From positions 12,276,001 to 12,340,000 of the forward strand of contig JBHGNT010000008.1 of assembly GCA_043228905.1 (NCBI GenBank): DNA of 64,000 bases, in the 5' to 3' direction. The notes below the pieces were generated by a model that saw nothing but the letters and a program-made list of their open reading frames with translations, was not told where the DNA came from and did not search any database. This stretch comes from Azolla caroliniana. Lineage: Eukaryota > Plantae > Polypodiophyta. The position numbers and the translations under genes were made by a program. This document shows positions 59,006 through 64,000 of the stretch, piece after piece (the stretch's first letter is position 1; each line of letters starts with the position of its first letter).

Positions 59006-60438
59006 TCATTCATCCTCCAAAATGTCCAGAATGCTCTGGTCTAGGGGTTCCAACGGTTCATCGGGTAGTTGCTCCATCTGTTGTTGTTGTTGCTCCTCCA
59101 ATTGTAGTAGTTGTTGTTGTTGTTGTTGATCTCCGGCCTTGGCTCTTGCTGCTGCTGCAGTGTGGCTTTGTCTGGTTCCTCCGGTCTGACTTCTTCCAGC
59201 TGCTCTACTCGGGCTTCATTTGGCTGGCCTGCACCGGTCCCAGCTACATTCGGTGGCTACTCTGGAGATTGCTCTTCATCACTGATGTTAATTGCCACCA
59301 ACATTTGTGATGCTATCTGCCGTTTTCGCTCCTATTCGTATCGCCCGAACTAGAGTTGAGTACCAAGCTGGTCATCATCCTGCTGTTCTACCAGCCGCCT
59401 TATAGCCGCCAATTGTTCCCCCTGCCAGGGACAAGAAATCGTCTGACAACTCCTCCCGGCTGGTTACAATATTCTCTGCATCCATCTTGTAGAAGTTGTC
59501 ACTGTCCTTTCTCCTGTTTTCCGCATCCGCTCGCTGCGTATGTAATTCCGCCACCTGCTATGCCCATTTTGACCACCATTGCACTGAGCTTTCACCAATC
59601 ATACTCTTTGTTCATTCTTTCCATGCTAGCACAATGGCACAGATCCGGCCGAGCCCCATCTTGGATTTGTCCTCCGCAGCTTGCTTTTCCTCCTTTAACT
59701 TCTTTATTAGGCTCGCAGTTGCCTATGCTTGCACCTCATATTCCAGGAATTGAGTTTGATAAGTTGTCTGAACTCTATTCAGCGCCATCTTTGCTCATTT
59801 CGTCTCCTCATAATACTGTCGATTGAGCTCCATCCGGTCCCTTGCCGCTTCTTCTAGTGCCTTTGCCATGTCAACCTCCTTGGTCCGCTCTTCCACCAAT
59901 GCCTTTGTTGCCCTGTTGACCTCATTCCGGAGTTCCCCTAGCTTCTCCTGTTGCCGGTCACCTTCTACAATCAACTTCTTGTGCTCCTCATCCAAATGCT
60001 TGTGATCCCGATGTAGTCATTCAAAATCCTTCGTCTTCTGCTCTAGCATTTGGTTTATTTGACGTCGGGCGTGGTCTTCCCGATCTTTCTGTTGCCAGAG
60101 TTCTTCTTTGAGCCGCTCGATTTCAGTTTCTGCCAATTGCTAGAGCTTATCCTTCTCTTGTAGTAGCTTCTCCTTTTCTTCCTTCAACCGGTCATTTAAT
60201 TGGCAGCTTTTCCGGAGATTTTCTTTGAGTCTTCGTTTCTCATCCTCCGTTGCCTTCTTCTGCTCTCGTTCTCTAGCCCTCAAGGCCTCCTAGGCTTCTA
60301 ACTCTTCCCTGAGAGTGGAGAATTCTTGCTCCCGTGTAATACTTGTGTCTGGTGATGAGGAGCTACCGGCGTGTTATCTGTTTGTTCAGTCACCGACGCC
60401 ACTGGTTCTGGTCCTGTTGACCCCGGACTGACCTATCT
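59006..60438 (-). pseudogene. Element N: C-terminal half of a third accessory-ORF copy (coiled coil plus terminal motif)
   Basis: STLREELEA*EALRARERE.., LVEERTKEVDMAKALEE, ends LDQSILDILEDE*; collinear with M. Confidence 0.78.
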
Positions 60439-62108
60439 AGTCGCGTCTGCTTTGCCGTTGGTATCCCATCGTGGTCGCCAAAACGTGTTATAGGATTTAG
60501 GGTTAGGGTTAATGATAATTATGATAGCATGATGATAATGACGATAGGGATCAAGATAGTGAAGATAACCATGGTGTAATAGTGAAGATGATGAATGGTA
60601 TGATGGTGAGAGATATTATGAAGATGTTGACAAACATTGAGGGGTGGGGGGTGGTGCCTACAATGGCTCCACCCCCCTCCCAAGGGGGTTCAACGTTAAT
60701 GGGGGGAGAGAGAGAGAAAATTTTCATTTCATTCATTCATTCCCCATAAGGGGTTAAATAGGTACAAAGGGGTAGATACACAAGGGTGCACATCCCCTTG
60801 GGCATTCACACCTAGTCACTCACTCACACCTCTTTGTATCCACCACAGTCACACTTACATTCACACTCATAATCACATACATATCAACACATTATATCAG
60901 ATTCTTTCACCCTCCCTTATCACACTTATCAATCACCCGTACATCTCGTACGGTAACACAATATGCCATGCCCGTGGGAGAATGCCTTGCACATCGATCC
61001 CACATGCCTTGATCATAATCTTTCTTTGACCAGAACTTCTATCGGTCCTCTCAACGATCGACTCCCTCGATCGGAGTGCTTAACTCAAACATCTCCGTTG
61101 GTCAACAAATCTTCATCGACACGAACATTCCCATTTTGTCGATTCACGAACATTGATATCATGGGTCTAAAAACGTTGTGTGTATGTGTATCTTCCTTTT
61201 GTTGATTTTGTGAGTTGTGTGTTGATCGCGTCCCTTTCTTTTAGGTTGATGAGTTTTCGAAATTTCGTTGGGGCCCTTTGATTTTTAAAATTTTAATTAT
61301 GTACTATCGAGTTTTTTTAAAATTTTGTTCAATACCCCTAGGTTTTTGAATTTCCTCTCATGTATGCAAATTTCCTTAAATGCTCTTCTATTTATCCTTC
61401 TCTCATTTTCTTTCTTTGTTTTTTTTTACTTTGGTTGTTTTCCTTGTCTCTTCTTCTTCTCGTTCTTTCTCCCGTCTCTGTTTCTTCTTATTTTCTGCAT
61501 TTTCTTGTTCTTTCTTCAACTCCTCTTCCTTATCCTTCTCTACTAGTGATTGTCTATCTCGACTTTCAGTTTTGTCCTTGTCTCTTTCTCTTCCTCGTCC
61601 TCCTCTGCCTTTTTCCGAGTATTCATCTTCCACGCCTGTGTGTTGATGGTGGCGATGGCGGTGGTGATGAGAAGATTTATGTCAGTTTGTCCGTTGTGTT
61701 TGTTTTGGTTGTCTCCGTCTCTGTATCATTGTTCAGTCGTCGCTACTCGACGCCTGTCCGTCCGGTCCCCAATTCATCTGTCTCTATTCGGTGTGTCTCT
61801 ATCCGGCCCGTCTGGCTTGCTGTCCGGTCATTATGTGCATTCTAGAAGTCGGTCCGGCCGCTGTCCGACCATCGTTGCTCTGGCCGTTGTTCGGTCACTG
61901 CCACTATCAGGCTATTGTGAGACCAACGCCAATGTGTTTGTCAGGGCCATCCGGTTGTAGCCACTCTGGTTGTTGCCGTTCGGCCACCGCTCCGGCCATT
62001 GGTTGTCTGGCCACCACAATCCGGTGATCATCCTGGCTTCATCATCATTCCGATCGTTTAGCCCATCCAGTCATGTTTGTCTGTTCGTTTGGTCGTGTCT
62101 GTTTTGGC
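60439..62108 (-). mobile_element. Element Q: noncoding single-LTR insertion (internal 3' part - LTR 60486-60958 - PBS 60464-60480) splitting the N/O ORF
   Basis: One TGTTA..TAACA LTR with PBS TGGCGACCACGATGGGA on one side and the family 3' motif CCCACGGGC on the other. Confidence 0.65.
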
Positions 62109-64000
62109 CTTCTCAACTTCTTCCTCCATGCTCCGGATCCTTGACCGGGCCTTCTTGAGTTCTTCAGTTGTGGCAAACAATTGATCCCGTTGTGCTCTCT
62201 CTTCTACTTCAAATTGGCTTACAACCCCAACCACTTGCTCTCTGATCCATCGCAACCATTGACTGTCGGTGCCTTGTTGCCTTTCCACTTCCGGTTGCAG
62301 TGTTGGCTCTACTCTCGCCACAAACCCTTGTTGTAATCTCGTCTCTCGCGGCAACTCCTTCTCTTGTTGTGCCTGTTGACCCGGTGTCGTGTAGTTTTTC
62401 ACACACGATATGAGAACCAGTAAAATAATTATTTACGATTAGCTTAATATATTGATATGGGAAGATAGATGTGTTCAAGAGCTTCATAATGTATTTTACT
62501 ACGCATGAATTGGATAAATAAGTATCAAGTTATGTGAGTGAGAGGTTTGAAGAGAAAAAGGAAAAAATACAAAACTGTGAGATATCCCCCATAGATAGGT
62601 CAACATTGGAACGCAGGATATATAAGGGAAACCAAAACATATTCATTCTATCGATGTGTAGAGCACAGAATGTTCAAGGTGACTTGGGCTACACTGTGTG
62701 GTGTGCATGCTTCGGGCGTACGCGCGTATGCACGGCCGTATTGACGCTTCGGGCGTATGCACGTATGCACGGCCACGTGGACGTTTTCGGACGTACGCGT
62801 GTGTGCAAGTTTCGGGCTTACGCGTGCACGGCTGCGTGGAAGTTTCAGACTGACGCGTGTATGCGAATGAGCGCGCAGATACATACACGGTGCGAGTTCG
62901 ACGCGTGCGCGCGTGGATGTGTACATTGCACGATCGGGACTTTTGCGCGCGGATGCGTCTACGGTTTGGTTGCGACGAACGTACGGATTGCGCACGGGCT
63001 AAACTTTATGGATGATTGTGTCATTTGGCCGAATTATACGGACAGACGCATGCAACCAAAAGCCAAGGCCATGCAACTAAAAGTAAAAGGCATGCAACTA
63101 AAAGTAGAGGCCATGCAACTAAAAATAGAGGCCATGCAACTAAAAGTGGGCATGCAAAGTAACATTGGGGAGGAGGATCAACAGAGAGATCGATATATGT
63201 CCCATTTTTCCCCTCTAGTTTTTTTTTTTTTTTCCTTCTTCTTCCCTCTCGGATTCGAAAAACAAATTATCTCATATATTGATATCAAACTCCTAGCTTT
63301 GTTGACTTGATCTTTCTTGTCAAAAATTATCTCTCGTATTCATATCGGACCACTCCTTGCATGGTTGTTGGCTCCTTTCTTTGAAAAATTAATCTGTCAT
63401 TTCCATACCCAACCCATTGTAACACGATTCTGAAATTATAAAGAATCGATTTTCTTTTGCAATAAACTAAGGATTTGTCTCTCCCACTTGTCTTGTGCTT
63501 AAAACTTGCTTGTGTTGTACGTGTTGCACTAAATCCTTCTAGTTCAGAACCCCGACGGTTCTGTCTCACGATCCGCACATAGTGACGGATTTTCACGACA
63601 CCGGTGAGATTGGTGCTTCTGTTACCGTTACTGGCTGAACAAGCTCCATTTCCTTCCTTGACTCTAGTTCCTCGGAGTGGGGTATCGGTGTGTTGTCCTT
63701 TATCAAACCCAATTCGTCCCTTTTCTGCTCCGCATTGCTTCTCTTCTGGCGACGTAGGAGAGTATTGACGGGTTCTTCCTCTAGCTCGTCCTCTTGGGTT
63801 CCCATGTTTATCCCTTGAACCAAGTTAGGCGGCTCTTGCTCTTGCCGATACAATTTGATTTCAAGAGGCCTAACCAGTTGCTCTACCGGTGCCTCTCTCT
63901 CCGCATGTTGCTTCCGACGGGGCTGCACCTTTTCTTTTTGTGATGAACCTCCCTCTGTCCAACCGGGAGTGTGCTTGGCAAGGAGTTGCTACCACTTCGA
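62109..64000 (-). pseudogene. Element O: middle part of the same accessory ORF as N, split by solo LTR P; continues off the right edge
   Basis: QWLRWIREQVVGVVSQFE matches M QWLRWLLEQLSGVADQLE; EAPISP|GQQAQQ in frame across P. Confidence 0.78.
62385..63600 (+). mobile_element. Solo LTR P (F family)
   Basis: TGTCGTG..CACGACA, collinear with F LTRs, 4-bp TSD CCGG (62381-84/63601-04). Confidence 0.92.

Overview
Eukaryotic, gene-free window made entirely of nested LTR retrotransposons. It is plant-like, and bryophyte/early land plant is only a guess. I found no host gene, rRNA or CRISPR. I resolve about 17 insertions from three groups. (1) Athila-like non-chromoviral Ty3/Gypsy elements A, B and L, their non-autonomous relatives M and Q, and a truncated N/O, with tRNA-Arg-type PBS. 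(2) A second Ty3/Gypsy group (C, F, solo LTR P, 125-bp mini-LTR) with TGTCG..CGACA ends and tRNA-Trp PBS. (3) Ty1/Copia elements: Tnt1-like D and E, E-family LTRs G and K, and the H/I/J family. Nesting is B>C>(D,E) and N/O>I>J>L>M. The most notable signals are: a conserved -1 frameshift cassette (G GAT TTT TAG plus pseudoknot) between protease and RT; 4-bp target sites always centred on CG for the same family; an intact non-autonomous LTR element (M) whose only ORF is a ~970-codon accessory coiled-coil gene also found 3' of pol in L; a cCACGg stem-loop in place of the polypurine tract; and an apparently circularly permuted single-LTR insertion. Coordinates were read by eye and may be off by a few bases. 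tRNA matches and lineage names are from memory, not database searches.
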